A stretch of DNA of 64,000 bases, taken from an uncultured Gammaproteobacteria bacterium (lineage in GTDB: Bacteria; Pseudomonadota; Gammaproteobacteria; CAWCPV01). A model generated the notes under the pieces. The model was not told where the DNA came from, ran no database searches, and saw nothing but the letters and a program-made list of their open reading frames with translations. Numbering within the stretch: the first letter of the stretch is position 1; the number at the start of each line of letters is the position of its first letter. The stretch is from the NCBI GenBank assembly GCA_963797555.1, contig CAWCPV010000016.1, positions 96,001-160,000 of the forward strand. Reading direction: 5' to 3'. The translations under genes were made by a program, and so were the position numbers. Of the stretch, positions 54,601 to 64,000 are shown piece after piece.

Positions 54601-55230
54601 TCAGTATCCGGGCGGCGCCCCCACCACCACGTAGGTGACGTTCCCACCTTGGTATGCTTGGTTGTACCAGTTAGCACCGCAGCCGTAGTAGCTGGTGCCG
54701 CCCGCGACAACGACGTTCGGCGAGCAGGGTAGCGTCGTCACATAGTTGGCCGCGCTCGCGGCGCCCGCGGCGTAGCCGACGGCCCCGCCGACGAGGGCGC
54801 CCGCCGCGGCATAGCCCCATGCCTCGCCGGAGCCGCAGCAGCCGTGGTAGTGGTCGTCGTAAGCATCCGCGCGGGTCTGCGTGCGCTCGCTAGCACCCTG
54901 CTGGCGCGACTCGGTGCGCTCACTGCTGCCCTGCTGGCGTTGGCCCTGCCGCTCGGTCCTCTCCTGCTGGCCCGATGTGCGGGTGTCGGCCCGTGCCTGG
55001 GTGCGCCCGGTGGCCCCAGCTTGGCGCGAGGCGGCGGAACCGCCGGAGGAGAAGCCGCCGCCGGCCGCGGGGCCGGAGCGGGAGAAGCCGCCGCCGCCAC
55101 CGCCGCCTCGGGCAGCTCCACCTCCACCGCCGCGACCACCTCCCCGCGCGGCAGCATCGTCCACCATGCCGACCACCATGAACAGTGTGGCGGCGATCAC
55201 TACTGCGGTGAATATGGATCGCGTCTTCAT
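54601..55230 (-). CDS. Gly-rich secreted hypothetical protein
   Basis: Signal peptide, Gly/Arg/Gln-rich linker and C-terminal YYGCGANWY..YVVV. ATGA overlap with the DUF2092 gene. Confidence 0.7.
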   Translation of the reverse strand: MKTRSIFTAVVIAATLFMVVGMVDDAAARGGGRGGGGGAARGGGGGGGFSRSGPAAGGGFSSGGSAASRQAGATGRTQARADTRTSGQQERTERQGQRQQGSSERTESRQQGASERTQTRADAYDDHYHGCCGSGEAWGYAAAGALVGGAVGYAAGAASAANYVTTLPCSPNVVVAGGTSYYGCGANWYNQAYQGGNVTYVVVGAPPGY

Positions 55231-56138
55231 TTCGGCTCTCCTGTGCTGCCAGCCGCCTGGGGCGTCTCCTGAGAGGTCGGGGAAGCCCGGCCGCCCCGCG
55301 AGGGCTGCTGCCCCGGTCCCTGCCGCACTCTGACCAGGAACGGGATGCGCTGGACACCTTGCGGCGGGGTGAACGCGAACAGGGATTTCGACACGTCGGG
55401 GCTCAGGTTCCAGTCCGAGAAGTCGGCCCAGAACTGAGGCTCGCCCTCGGCCGTCTTGTAGGTGATGACCACGCGCTGGGGCAGCGGCTGGTCGCCCTCC
55501 GCCACCCACATCTGGAAATCGACGTCCGCGGTGCGTGCCACGACGTGGTCAGTCGGCACCGCGGTCACCACGCTGCGCTCGACGTAGTCGGCGGACTCGA
55601 CCCGGCGCTCGAGCACGGCCGGGAGCCGAGACACCAGCATCAGGGCGAGGGGCATGCGGATGTCGAGATCGCGGATGATGTACTGGACGGCGGTATCGAT
55701 GTCACCCGGCTTCGGGGTCACGGCGTACACATGCTTGGCCTCTTTGTAGGCCGTGATGTCCTTGCCGTCGAACACCAGCAGCGACTTGCTGCCGTCGCTC
55801 TGATCGAGATCCACGCGCAGCTCGTCGGGCCGGCGCAGGGTCACCTTGCGACGCTCGCTGAACTCGACCTTCTCGCCGGATGCCTGTACCACGTCGTAGC
55901 CGATACGCAGGTCGACGCTGAACTGCTTGGCGTGGGCGAGAAACTCTGCCATGCGCTTGAGCACGGCCATCGCCCGGGCCTGCGATTCGCTCGCTGCGGG
56001 CTCCGCTGCGGCAGCCTGCCCCGGGGCGGCCTGCGCTTCGGTGGCCGGGGCACCGGGCTCCTCAGCGATCGCTGCTTCCATGAGCAGAAAGCCTGCGCAC
56101 AACATGGGTAAAGCTGACCATCTGCTCCTTGTCCTCAT
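55227..56138 (-). CDS. DUF2092 domain periplasmic protein
   Basis: LKRMAEFL, RRPDELR, FDGK, VDFQMW, PLPQRVVITY and FSDWN. Confidence 0.85.
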   Translation of the reverse strand: MRTRSRWSALPMLCAGFLLMEAAIAEEPGAPATEAQAAPGQAAAAEPAASESQARAMAVLKRMAEFLAHAKQFSVDLRIGYDVVQASGEKVEFSERRKVTLRRPDELRVDLDQSDGSKSLLVFDGKDITAYKEAKHVYAVTPKPGDIDTAVQYIIRDLDIRMPLALMLVSRLPAVLERRVESADYVERSVVTAVPTDHVVARTADVDFQMWVAEGDQPLPQRVVITYKTAEGEPQFWADFSDWNLSPDVSKSLFAFTPPQGVQRIPFLVRVRQGPGQQPSRGGRASPTSQETPQAAGSTGEPK

Positions 56139-56204
56139 CAGTCACCTCCTGTCATGTGTCCTGTGCTTGAAGCCTTTCACCGCGGCCTATCGGTCAGCGG
56201 GCGC

Positions 56205-56290
56205 GGCTCGGATGCTAGCCGTCCGAATCCAGCAACTCACGGCAGAGGGACTTGCACCCTCCAAGATTCGCGGCCTTGCTGGCCGCGCCT
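56205..56290 (-). other. Possible group II intron 5'-end-like remnant
   Basis: Minus strand GCGCGGCCAGCAAGGCCGCGAATCTTGGAGGGTGCAAGTCCCTC has a GNRA-capped hairpin resembling domain I starts. No RT ORF. Confidence 0.3.
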
Positions 56291-56313
56291 AGGATATCCA
56301 ACCGCATTCAGGG

Positions 56314-56802
56314 CTACTTGACGCCGTAGCCGCGCCCCTCCAGACAGGTGGCATAGGCGCGATTGAAACTGTTGGTCTGTTCCGCGTAGCCCGCCTGTTG
56401 CTGTTGCTGCGACTGCTCCTGGGCCTGGGCCTGTTCGCGCCGCTGCTCGCGCCTGCGCACTCCGCCAACGACAGCGCCCGTCGCAGCGCCGATGGCGGCC
56501 CCCTTGCCGGCGTTCCCTCCGATGGCACCCCCGATGGCACCGACCGCAGCGCCTCCGGCGGCCCCGCGCAACGGGCGGGCGGTCGGGGCTTGCTGCGATG
56601 GCGGAGGGGCAGCCGCCGGCGGGTGAGCGGGGTCAAAGCCGGTCTCGCTCCTCGCCGAGGCGTAACACTGTTCCTGGTCGGCCTGTTGCTGGGCGGAACT
56701 CTGCCCCTTGCCGGGGTAGACCGTCAGCTCTTGGGCCGAGACTGTGCCGCCGAACAGGACGCCGGCAAGCAGGCACTTCGAAAGCGTCCAGGGCAATCTC
56801 AT
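56314..56802 (-). CDS. Glycine-zipper (YMGG-like) secreted protein
   Basis: YPGKGQS, QQQADQEQC, GAAGGAAVGAIGG and CLEGRGY. Confidence 0.82.
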   Translation of the reverse strand: MRLPWTLSKCLLAGVLFGGTVSAQELTVYPGKGQSSAQQQADQEQCYASARSETGFDPAHPPAAAPPPSQQAPTARPLRGAAGGAAVGAIGGAIGGNAGKGAAIGAATGAVVGGVRRREQRREQAQAQEQSQQQQQAGYAEQTNSFNRAYATCLEGRGYGVK

Positions 56803-56829
56803 GCTCGCGATCCTCCAACGAAATAGGAA

Positions 56830-57070
56830 TTCAGGGCGTGTGGTATACCACCGAAGGAGCGTCCAAGCAATGGACTGGCAAGCGCACAACGGCGGCGGAG
56901 TGGGGAGAAGACCATCCTGACAGTTGATAGGAGCGAGGTGGATGCTGAATTGCCGCTCGTGAGCGGTGCGCGCGCAGTAGGTAGTGAGCCGCCCGGAGAG
57001 CCTGCGGCGGGAGGGGCCACCAGTGCGCCTGCCGGTCGAGAACGTACTCAGACTCCGGCTGTGCCATCGC
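56830..57070 (-). repeat. About 250-bp non-coding module with sigma70-like promoter, copy 2
   Basis: Reverse-complement homologue of 42840-43090. Contains TTGCTT-N17-TATACC. Confidence 0.75.
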
Positions 57071-57378
57071 CTCCCAGCTCGGATGTGGAAACGCTCGCGC
57101 GCATCTCTAGCGTCGCAGATGCGGGGCCGATCTGAAAGGAGAAGGCCGGAAACGTGTTCATCGGAGAACATGAGCTTGCGCTCGGCATGGCGCATCACCT
57201 ACTCAATCGACTCTCATGCGAAACCGATGATGGCCGAGAAACCAGGAGCGAAGGTGCCGGCCGAACGCTGGCCCGAGGGCGAGGCCATGCCGTGAGCGCC
57301 TGCCAGGCCCTCTCACCCCGGCGGCGCGGGCTGCGGTTTCCCCGGGTTCTTTCGGGGTCCCGGGCAGGCGAGACCCAC

Positions 57379-57747
57379 CTAGCCTTTACCCTTGGGCTGC
57401 CACATTGCGAGCACCGCCCCGGTGGGATCGACGATGACGCTCATCCAGCCGTGCTCGCCGATCTCCATGACATCGCGCGCGACCGTGGCGCCCAAATCCC
57501 TGGCCTTCTGGGTCATGACTCGGATATCGTCGACGCCAACGTAAGCGAGCCACTGCGGCGGCACCTTGGGGTCGGGATTCATGAACATCCCGCCGCCCGT
57601 TCCTTCCCCGACATTGATCATGGTGTAGGTCTCGCCTCCTGCCATGGAAATGTCATCCAGCTTCCAGCCGAACAGTCGGCCATAGAATGCCTTGGCCGCG
57701 GCGAGGTCCTTGGTCTGCAATTCGACGTGCACGAATGGATTTGCCAT
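57379..57747 (-). CDS. VOC (glyoxalase/bleomycin resistance) family protein
   Basis: FVHVEL, AKAFYGRLFGW, WLAYVGVDDI and DPTGAVLAMWQ. Confidence 0.9.
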   Translation of the reverse strand: MANPFVHVELQTKDLAAAKAFYGRLFGWKLDDISMAGGETYTMINVGEGTGGGMFMNPDPKVPPQWLAYVGVDDIRVMTQKARDLGATVARDVMEIGEHGWMSVIVDPTGAVLAMWQPKGKG

Positions 57748-58351
57748 TGGTCTGCCTCCTCTGGCATCGACGCCCGCGCTTCCGCGGCGGCGCGATGACA
57801 TCAGCACTGGGCTCACCGGTCGCAACGCTAGAGCCGACGGACAGGAAGTCCAAAGCGCCCCGAGGTCGGGGAAGTGTAGTCACCGAGGCACGGAGTAGTC
57901 AAGGCTCGGGGCGGTGCAAGACGGACGGGCGCCCTGACGACCGTAGACGGTCCTGACTTTGGAGTCAGGCGCAATCCACTTCTGGGTTTGCAGCGCCATC
58001 CCGCGACCTCCCGGCACCCAAGAGCCAGTTGCACAGCGCGTTGTACTCCGCGCAACAGGGTTTCCAGGTCGCAGATGTGGCGCTCCCTGATCTCTTTCAA
58101 ATAGCCCCCTGCGGCGGTTTCATCGGGAATGTGCCCCTCGGCGGCGTTGTGTTATTTTGCTTCATGGAAAGGGTCACTCCTCAGGCCGATCCACTCAGCG
58201 TGTAACGCACCGAGAAATCTACCCTTTCCAACCTCTTGGTACACCCCGTTTGCAGGATTTAGGTTCCACCCGGAACAAAGCGCTGCGTCGGCATGCTCCG
58301 TCCCCCAGGGGCGGGCCTGGAAGGCCGCGCTAGCCTGCGTTGTCGAGCCGA

Positions 58352-59809
58352 ATGATGCTGCGTTTCCACTACCCTCGGTCCTTTCTGTCCTTATTGCTCG
58401 TCGGCTTCGGCCTGGTTGCGCTGCCGCTGGTCGGGGGCATGCTGAACACGGCGAACATGCTGGACAGGATGGTTCAAGAGGGACGCCGCTCCGTCGAAGT
58501 GACCGTGGCGGTGACCCGCGAGACGGGCCAGTTGGCGGAGGCCGCCTTGGCCCTCGAGCGAGCCGCGGGCCAGTATTACGTCCTGGAAGATCCAGGCCTC
58601 AAGGCGGCGCTCGCGGCCGCTCATGGGCGGTTCCAGGCGGCGGTGGCGGCCCTCAGGGAGGCGCCGATGGACCACGTCCAGAAAGGCCACTTGGACGACC
58701 TCGCGGCTCAGGAGTCGGGTCTTTTCGGCCGCCTGGCGGGGGCAAAGCGCGCCCGGGCGGAGAAGTTCGAGACGTTCAAGCCGCAGTTCGACGACCTCTA
58801 CGCGGGCACCGCCGCCATGGCAGAGGAGGGCCGCCACCTCATCGACCGGCAGGTGGCCGCTATGGGTAAGACCGCGGACACCGTGCAGCGGGCACTGCTC
58901 TGGCAGGCGCTGGCCATGATCCCCTTGTCCCTCTTCCTGGCGGCCCTGTTCTCCTGGCTGATTAGCCGGCCCGTACGACAGTTGGCGCACGCGATACGGC
59001 GGCTCGGGGAGAACAATCTGGAGCCGGACAACCCCATCAACGGCCCCCGCGACCTCGCCAATTTGGGCGAGCAACTGGACTGGCTGCGCCGGCGGCTGCT
59101 CGACTTGGAGGAGCAGAAGCTGCGCTTTCTGCGCCATGTCTCCCATGAGATCAAGACACCCCTCACCGCTCTGAGAGAAGGAGTGGAGTTGCTGGCCGAT
59201 CGGGTGGCCGGGGAACTCACCCCAAAGCAAGAGGAGATTGCGCGCATCATGCGCAATAACTCCCGCGAGCTGCAGCAGCGGATTGAGGATCTGTTGCGCT
59301 ACAACCGGGCGATAGGGCAGCCCGAAACCCTGGCCGCCATGGCCCTGGACCTCGACAAAGTGCTGGCCAGCGTGCTGCTACGGCATCAATTGTCCTTGCG
59401 GGCCAAGCGGCTTCGGCTCGTCACTGCGGTCGGGGGTATGGGGCTGTGGGGCGACAGGGGGAAGCTGCAGACCGTATTCGACAATCTGCTGGCCAACGCG
59501 ATACGCTTCAGCCCCGAGCGGGGCGTTATCGGGATAGCGGCGAAGGTGGTCGACGGCTGGGCGCACATCACCATCTGCGATCAGGGTCCGGGAGTTCCAC
59601 CCGAAGACCGTCCGCACATCTTCCAGCCCTTCTACCAGGGAACCATCCAGCCCAGCGGCCCAGTCAGGGGCAGCGGGCTTGGTTTGGCCATTGTCAAGGA
59701 GTATGTTGAGGCTCACGGAGGACACGTAGCCCTGGTGGAAGCGCAGGGCCGGGGCACCTGCTTCGAGATCGTGCTTCCCCTTCGGGAAGGCGCGCGAGAT
59801 GCGAGCTAG
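58352..59809 (+). CDS. glrK: Sensor histidine kinase, GlrK/QseE-like
   Basis: Two TM helices, HAMP domain, H-box FLRHVSHEIKTPL, NLLANAIRFSP, DQGPG and GSGLGL. Confidence 0.85.
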   Translation: MMLRFHYPRSFLSLLLVGFGLVALPLVGGMLNTANMLDRMVQEGRRSVEVTVAVTRETGQLAEAALALERAAGQYYVLEDPGLKAALAAAHGRFQAAVAALREAPMDHVQKGHLDDLAAQESGLFGRLAGAKRARAEKFETFKPQFDDLYAGTAAMAEEGRHLIDRQVAAMGKTADTVQRALLWQALAMIPLSLFLAALFSWLISRPVRQLAHAIRRLGENNLEPDNPINGPRDLANLGEQLDWLRRRLLDLEEQKLRFLRHVSHEIKTPLTALREGVELLADRVAGELTPKQEEIARIMRNNSRELQQRIEDLLRYNRAIGQPETLAAMALDLDKVLASVLLRHQLSLRAKRLRLVTAVGGMGLWGDRGKLQTVFDNLLANAIRFSPERGVIGIAAKVVDGWAHITICDQGPGVPPEDRPHIFQPFYQGTIQPSGPVRGSGLGLAIVKEYVEAHGGHVALVEAQGRGTCFEIVLPLREGARDAS

Positions 59810-60332
59810 CCACGGTGTTTGGGTGGGTTTCAGCCTGCTGCTGACGGGCTGTGCCGGCTTGCCTTTTTGGCCGGCGACTCAGCACCCGGGCATGGTGCAG
59901 AAAGGGGCACCGATTCTGGAGAAACCCGGCCTCGCCGATACCTCCCTCACGCCTTCCCAGGTGGCCACGTACATGGCGGAAGTTTCCAAGCTGAGCGCCG
60001 TGGCCCTGAACGCGGAGATCAGGCGTCTGCAGGCGGGGGTCCAAGGTAATGCGGGCAATCGTCTCAAGCTCGCTTACCTGCTCGGCCGCCAGGGCGCCGC
60101 GCCCAAGGACCTGGCTCGGGCGCGCGGGCTGCTTGCGGGGCTGCCTAACACCTTCGAGGACCCGGGAACCCGCGCGATCGCTCGGTTGCTGGAGCGGACG
60201 GTCAAGCTGGAGCAGGATCTCTCGCAGGAGCGCAGGAAAGCCCTGGATCTGCAGGCCAAGATCGAGCAGCTTATGAGCCTGGAGCGGGATCTCCAGCAAC
60301 ACAGCCCGGGCAAGCCCCAGGCGGGCCGATGA
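59799..60332 (+). CDS. QseG/YfhG-like lipoprotein
   Basis: Lipobox LTGC and C-terminal coiled coil [12 protein letters not shown], lying between kinase and regulator. Confidence 0.65.
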   Translation: MRASHGVWVGFSLLLTGCAGLPFWPATQHPGMVQKGAPILEKPGLADTSLTPSQVATYMAEVSKLSAVALNAEIRRLQAGVQGNAGNRLKLAYLLGRQGAAPKDLARARGLLAGLPNTFEDPGTRAIARLLERTVKLEQDLSQERRKALDLQAKIEQLMSLERDLQQHSPGKPQAGR

Positions 60333-61690
60333 GCACCCGCGGCCCGAGCGTGCTCGTGGTGGACGACGACGCGGATCTGCTGCAGCTTCTGTCCATGCGA
60401 CTCCAGTCCGCCGGCTACAAAGTGCAAACGGCGAACAGCGGCGAGGAGGCTCTGAATAAGATTGCCGTTTCCCGACCCGGCGCCGTGATCACCGATCTGC
60501 GCATGGAAGGCATGGACGGGCTGGCCCTGTTCCAGCGCATTCGCGTCCATGATCCCGCCTTGCCCGTGATCGTGCTCACCGCTCACGGCACCATTCCCGA
60601 TGCCGTAGAGGCCACCCAGCGGGGAGTGTTCGGCTACCTGACCAAACCGTTCGAGGCCAGGGAGCTGATCGCGCTGCTCGGACGGGCCACGGCCCTGCAC
60701 CCCCAGGAGCCCAAGGACCAGGCCGGCCAGGACGAGGCTTGGCGCGCCGCTATCCTCACGGTCAGCCCGCGCATGGACGCCCTGCTCGCGGAGGCAAGGC
60801 TGGTGGCCCAGAGCGACGCGACCGTGCTGATCCAAGGGGAATCCGGCAGCGGCAAGGAAATGGTGGCCCGCGCGATCCACCTGGCCAGCTCCCGCTGCAA
60901 GAATCCCTTCGTGGCGGTGAACTGCGCCGCTATCCCGGAGCAGCTCTTGGAATCGGAGCTGTTCGGTCACACCAAGGGCGCCTTTACGGGGGCGGTGACC
61001 GCCCGCAAGGGATTGTTCCAGACCGCGGAAGGGGGGACCGTCTTTCTCGACGAGATCGGCGATCTGCCCCTGCCGCTCCAAGTCAAGCTGCTCAGAGTGC
61101 TGCAAGACCGGGAGGTCCGCCCGGTGGGATCGAGCCAGGCTGCGCCGGTGGACGTGCGGATCATGTCCGCCAGCCACCGGGACTTGGAGGCGGCCGTCGC
61201 CGAGGGGACCTACCGCGAAGACCTGTACTATCGGCTCAACGTGGTGAACTTGGTCATTCCGCCGTTGCGCGAGCACCGCGAGGACATCCCGCTGCTCGCC
61301 CACCATTTTCTGAAAACCCTCGCCGAGAAGCACCGGCACCAGGTTAACGGCTTCACCCCCGAAGCCATGGAGATGCTCACCTCCCACGAGTGGCCCGGCA
61401 ACGTGCGCCAGCTCATGAACGCGGTAGAGCAGTGCTGCGCCCTGTGCACAACCCCCCTGATTCCAGCCAGCCTAGTGGCCCGCGCCCTGCGCGACAAGCA
61501 GGTCGAGATCTTGTCCTATGCCGACGCCAAAAACCGCTTCGAGCGGGACTACCTGATCCAACTGCTGAAGATTACAAACGGCCAGGTGGCGGAGGCGGCT
61601 CGGCTCGCTGGCCGCAACCGCACCGAGTTCTATCGGCTGCTGCAAAAGCACGACCTCTCCCCGGCTCTGTTCAAGCAGAACACCGAGTAG
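60329..61690 (+). CDS. glrR: Sigma54-dependent response regulator, GlrR/QseF-like
   Basis: REC domain, [22 protein letters not shown] and a C-terminal [13 protein letters not shown]. Confidence 0.9.
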   Translation: MSTRGPSVLVVDDDADLLQLLSMRLQSAGYKVQTANSGEEALNKIAVSRPGAVITDLRMEGMDGLALFQRIRVHDPALPVIVLTAHGTIPDAVEATQRGVFGYLTKPFEARELIALLGRATALHPQEPKDQAGQDEAWRAAILTVSPRMDALLAEARLVAQSDATVLIQGESGSGKEMVARAIHLASSRCKNPFVAVNCAAIPEQLLESELFGHTKGAFTGAVTARKGLFQTAEGGTVFLDEIGDLPLPLQVKLLRVLQDREVRPVGSSQAAPVDVRIMSASHRDLEAAVAEGTYREDLYYRLNVVNLVIPPLREHREDIPLLAHHFLKTLAEKHRHQVNGFTPEAMEMLTSHEWPGNVRQLMNAVEQCCALCTTPLIPASLVARALRDKQVEILSYADAKNRFERDYLIQLLKITNGQVAEAARLAGRNRTEFYRLLQKHDLSPALFKQNTE

Positions 61691-61766
61691 CCTCCCGCCC
61701 ACTCTGGAACGGAGCTTGCGTGTCAATTGGCAAGGCACCGAATGGCCGAGGGGGAGGAGATAAGGC

Positions 61767-61916
61767 ATGTTCGGATGGGCAGTCAGCGTTCTCGTCGCCG
61801 GCATCGTCGCAGCCCTGCTGGGCTTTGGGGGAATGGCCGGGACAGCGGCCTCGACGGCCGAGGTTCTGTTCGTGGTGGGGCTCGTCCTGTTCCTGGTCCT
61901 GTTGGTCATCGGATGA
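61767..61916 (+). CDS. DUF1328 (UPF0391) small membrane protein
   Basis: 49 aa, MFGWAV..AALLGFGGMAGTAA..LF..LVLF, after a GGAGGAG RBS. Too short for the ORF track. Confidence 0.8.
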   Translation: MFGWAVSVLVAGIVAALLGFGGMAGTAASTAEVLFVVGLVLFLVLLVIG

Positions 61917-61995
61917 CAGCCTCCTTGCCGTGAATGCGCGTCCAATCGCCAGGCGGATGGCCTGTGGTGTTGCTTTGTCGCATGGGCCACGCGTT

Positions 61996-62351
61996 TGTCG
62001 CCGCTCGACGACGGAACCGTATTCTCAAGATAAGAGGCTGCGATAGGAGCCGCGCAGCCATCACGATGCAGGAACCGCTTGGCCGTCCGGCTCCCCCGCT
62101 CCAGGGGGCGGCCCGCTAAAAAGCTACCCTGTCTCCACCGCGCGAAGCCCGCGCCAGTGTGAGCCGGAAAGCGGCTCCGCTCCCCTGACTCTTTCGCACT
62201 CCCCGCCCCGCAGCAGCGTTCTTAAATAGCTCTGCCCCGAAACCGGGGGGCGCTTGTTCTCATCCACTGCTGTCGCCGGCCGGCGACGCAGCACCCTTTG
62301 TGCCACGATGCGCTGCCCGCAGACGCCGAAAGGTGTCGGGAAGTGGAGACG
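61996..62351. promoter_or_regulatory. Three GlrR-like boxes (TGTC-N10-GACG)
   Basis: Sites at 61996-62013, 62271-62288 and 62334-62351. The E. coli GlrR consensus is TGTC-N10-GACA. Confidence 0.55.
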
Positions 62352-62648
62352 GGGAGCCACGCGATGCCCGCAGCGGTCGAACGCCGCGGCGCCTGTGCAT
62401 CATCCCACTCGAGTGGGCGTCACGGCCGCAGTGTCCAGAAGATTTCGCGGCCAACGGGCATGGAGTGCTGCCGCGGTGTCCCTCGCTTTCAATGCCTGCA
62501 ATCGCAGAAGGTGGGTCGGCGAATAACCCCGTTCAGTTCGCGCGGGCGCTGGCCCGGGGTTGCAGATCGCCTTTCGCGGCCGGGAAGCCGCACCGTCTGC
62601 GACTGCAGACAGGAGGAAGCCATGAAAGGATGGACTCTACGTAAGAAA

Positions 62649-64000
62649 GGCTCTTTCGGAAATTGTGTGGGTCGCGGTGGTGAAGTAGCATCTGCCCTGA
62701 CTGGTCGCTTATCACAACATCTTGTGGTTGGGCTTGTGGGCTTGTGGGGTTGTGGGCGAGAGGCCCGCGAGTGTGGGCAACCGGGAGGTTGTCCACACGG
62801 TCCTTGGGACGCGGGCCGCTCCGCAGGACTCGTCCACAAATCCACAGGCCGTCATCCAAGGGGGGAGCACCGTGCGGCCCACGCATCTGTTTACCACGGC
62901 ACTGGGCCTGACAGCGCCTTGGGAGGTCACCGACGTGCGGTTCGACCCCGAGGCTGGGCGCATCGACCTCGAGGTGGCGTTTGCCAAGGGCAGCCGCTTT
63001 GCCTGCCCGGCCTGCGGAGTGCAAGGCCAGCCGGTGCACGACACCTGGGAGCGCAGTTGGCAGCACCTGAGCTTCTTTAAGTCACGGGCGTACCTGCACG
63101 CGCATCTGCCGCGGGTGCGCTGCGAGGCCTGCGGCAAGACGACCCAGGTCGAAGCGCCGTGGGCGCGCGCCCACAGTGGCTTCACGGCGCTGATGGAGGC
63201 GCTGGTGGTCACGCTGTGCCAGGCCATGCCGGTGGCGACCGTGGCTCGGCACCTGGGTGTGGGCGATGAGCGCCTGTGGGGGGTGCTCGATCACTACGTA
63301 GGCAGGGCCCATGCTCAGGAGGACCACTCGCAGGTGAGCGCTGTGGGCCTGGACGAGACCGCTGCCCGGCGTGAACAGCACTACATCAGCCTGTTCCATG
63401 ACCTCACGGGAAAACGCCTGCTGTTCGCCTGCGAGGGCCGCGACCAGAGCACCGTGGCGGCCTTCGCCGCCGACCTCAAGGCGCACGGCGGCGACCCGCA
63501 GGCCATCGAGCAGGTGTGCATCGACCTGTCCGGCGCCTACCGCGCCGGGGTGGCCAGGCACCTGCCCCAGGCCACGGTGAGCTTCGATGCCTTCCATGTG
63601 ATCAAGCTCGCCAACGAGGCGGTCGATGCGGTGCGCCGCCAGGAGATCAAGACCGAGCCCGCCCTCAGAGGCACCCGTTGGACCTGGCTCAAAGACGCCC
63701 ACGACTGGACCTGGGACCAGCTCACCGACTTCCACTGGCTCTCCCGCGCCGCCTCCAGACCGCCCGTGCCTGGCGCCTCAAGGAGGCGCTGCGCGATATC
63801 TACGCCACGGCCAGCACCCTCGAGCAGGCCGAGAGCGCCCTCGGGCGCTGGTATAGCTGGGCACGGCGTAGCCGCCTGCAGCCCATGAAACGCCTCGCCA
63901 CTACCCTGAAAGAGCACTGGAACGGCATCCTCGCCGCATTCCACTCGGGCCTCACCAACGGCCGCGCCGAGGGCATCAACTCCCTCATCCAGGCCGCCAA
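62649..64000 (+). mobile_element. ISL3-family element (runs off window)
   Basis: Left end GGCTCTTTCGGAAATT followed by a transposase ORF. Confidence 0.88.
62872..64000 (+). CDS. ISL3 transposase (frameshift near 63750, truncated by window)
   Basis: CPAC, RVRC..C, VGLDE, CIDLS..Y, DAFHV and TNGRAEGINS. Confidence 0.88.

Noticed and set aside
2046-61387. Long antisense or alternative-frame ORFs (e.g. 2046-4061, 13797-15557, 30031-31419, 40436-42034, 60074-61387)
   Set aside because: Shadow ORFs of high-GC coding genes with no recognisable motifs.
1-64000. tRNA or rRNA genes and prophage structural genes
   Set aside because: No cloverleaf or rRNA signatures and no capsid, terminase or tail motifs were recognised by eye.

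Overview
GC-rich bacterial DNA, probably a proteobacterium (inferred from gene content), with many apparent frameshifts that could be long-read indels or real decay. 1-16.2 kb is a type 1 BREX operon (brxA-like, brxB, brxC, pglX, pglZ, brxL) interleaved with toxin-antitoxin (TA) modules. 16.6-31.4 kb is a defence-island extension. It holds a tandem-AAA ATPase divergent from a WYL regulator, an array of TA/Uma2 cassettes around a REP-associated HUH (Y1) transposase, a PD-(D/E)XK nuclease split by an IS66 element with an 8-bp target duplication, and a DUF2779 nuclease gene. The AAA, WYL and DUF2779 promoters share a TTTGTCGC-N10-(-10) architecture, suggesting a WYL-controlled regulon. 31.8-57.8 kb is a patchwork of glycoside hydrolase, SemiSWEET and envelope/lipid genes with internal duplications and gene remnants. 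58.3-61.7 kb is a GlrK/QseG/GlrR-like two-component operon, followed by GlrR-like boxes and an ISL3 element running off the window end. No rRNA, tRNA or CRISPR array was seen. All family calls come from motif recognition by eye, not database searches.
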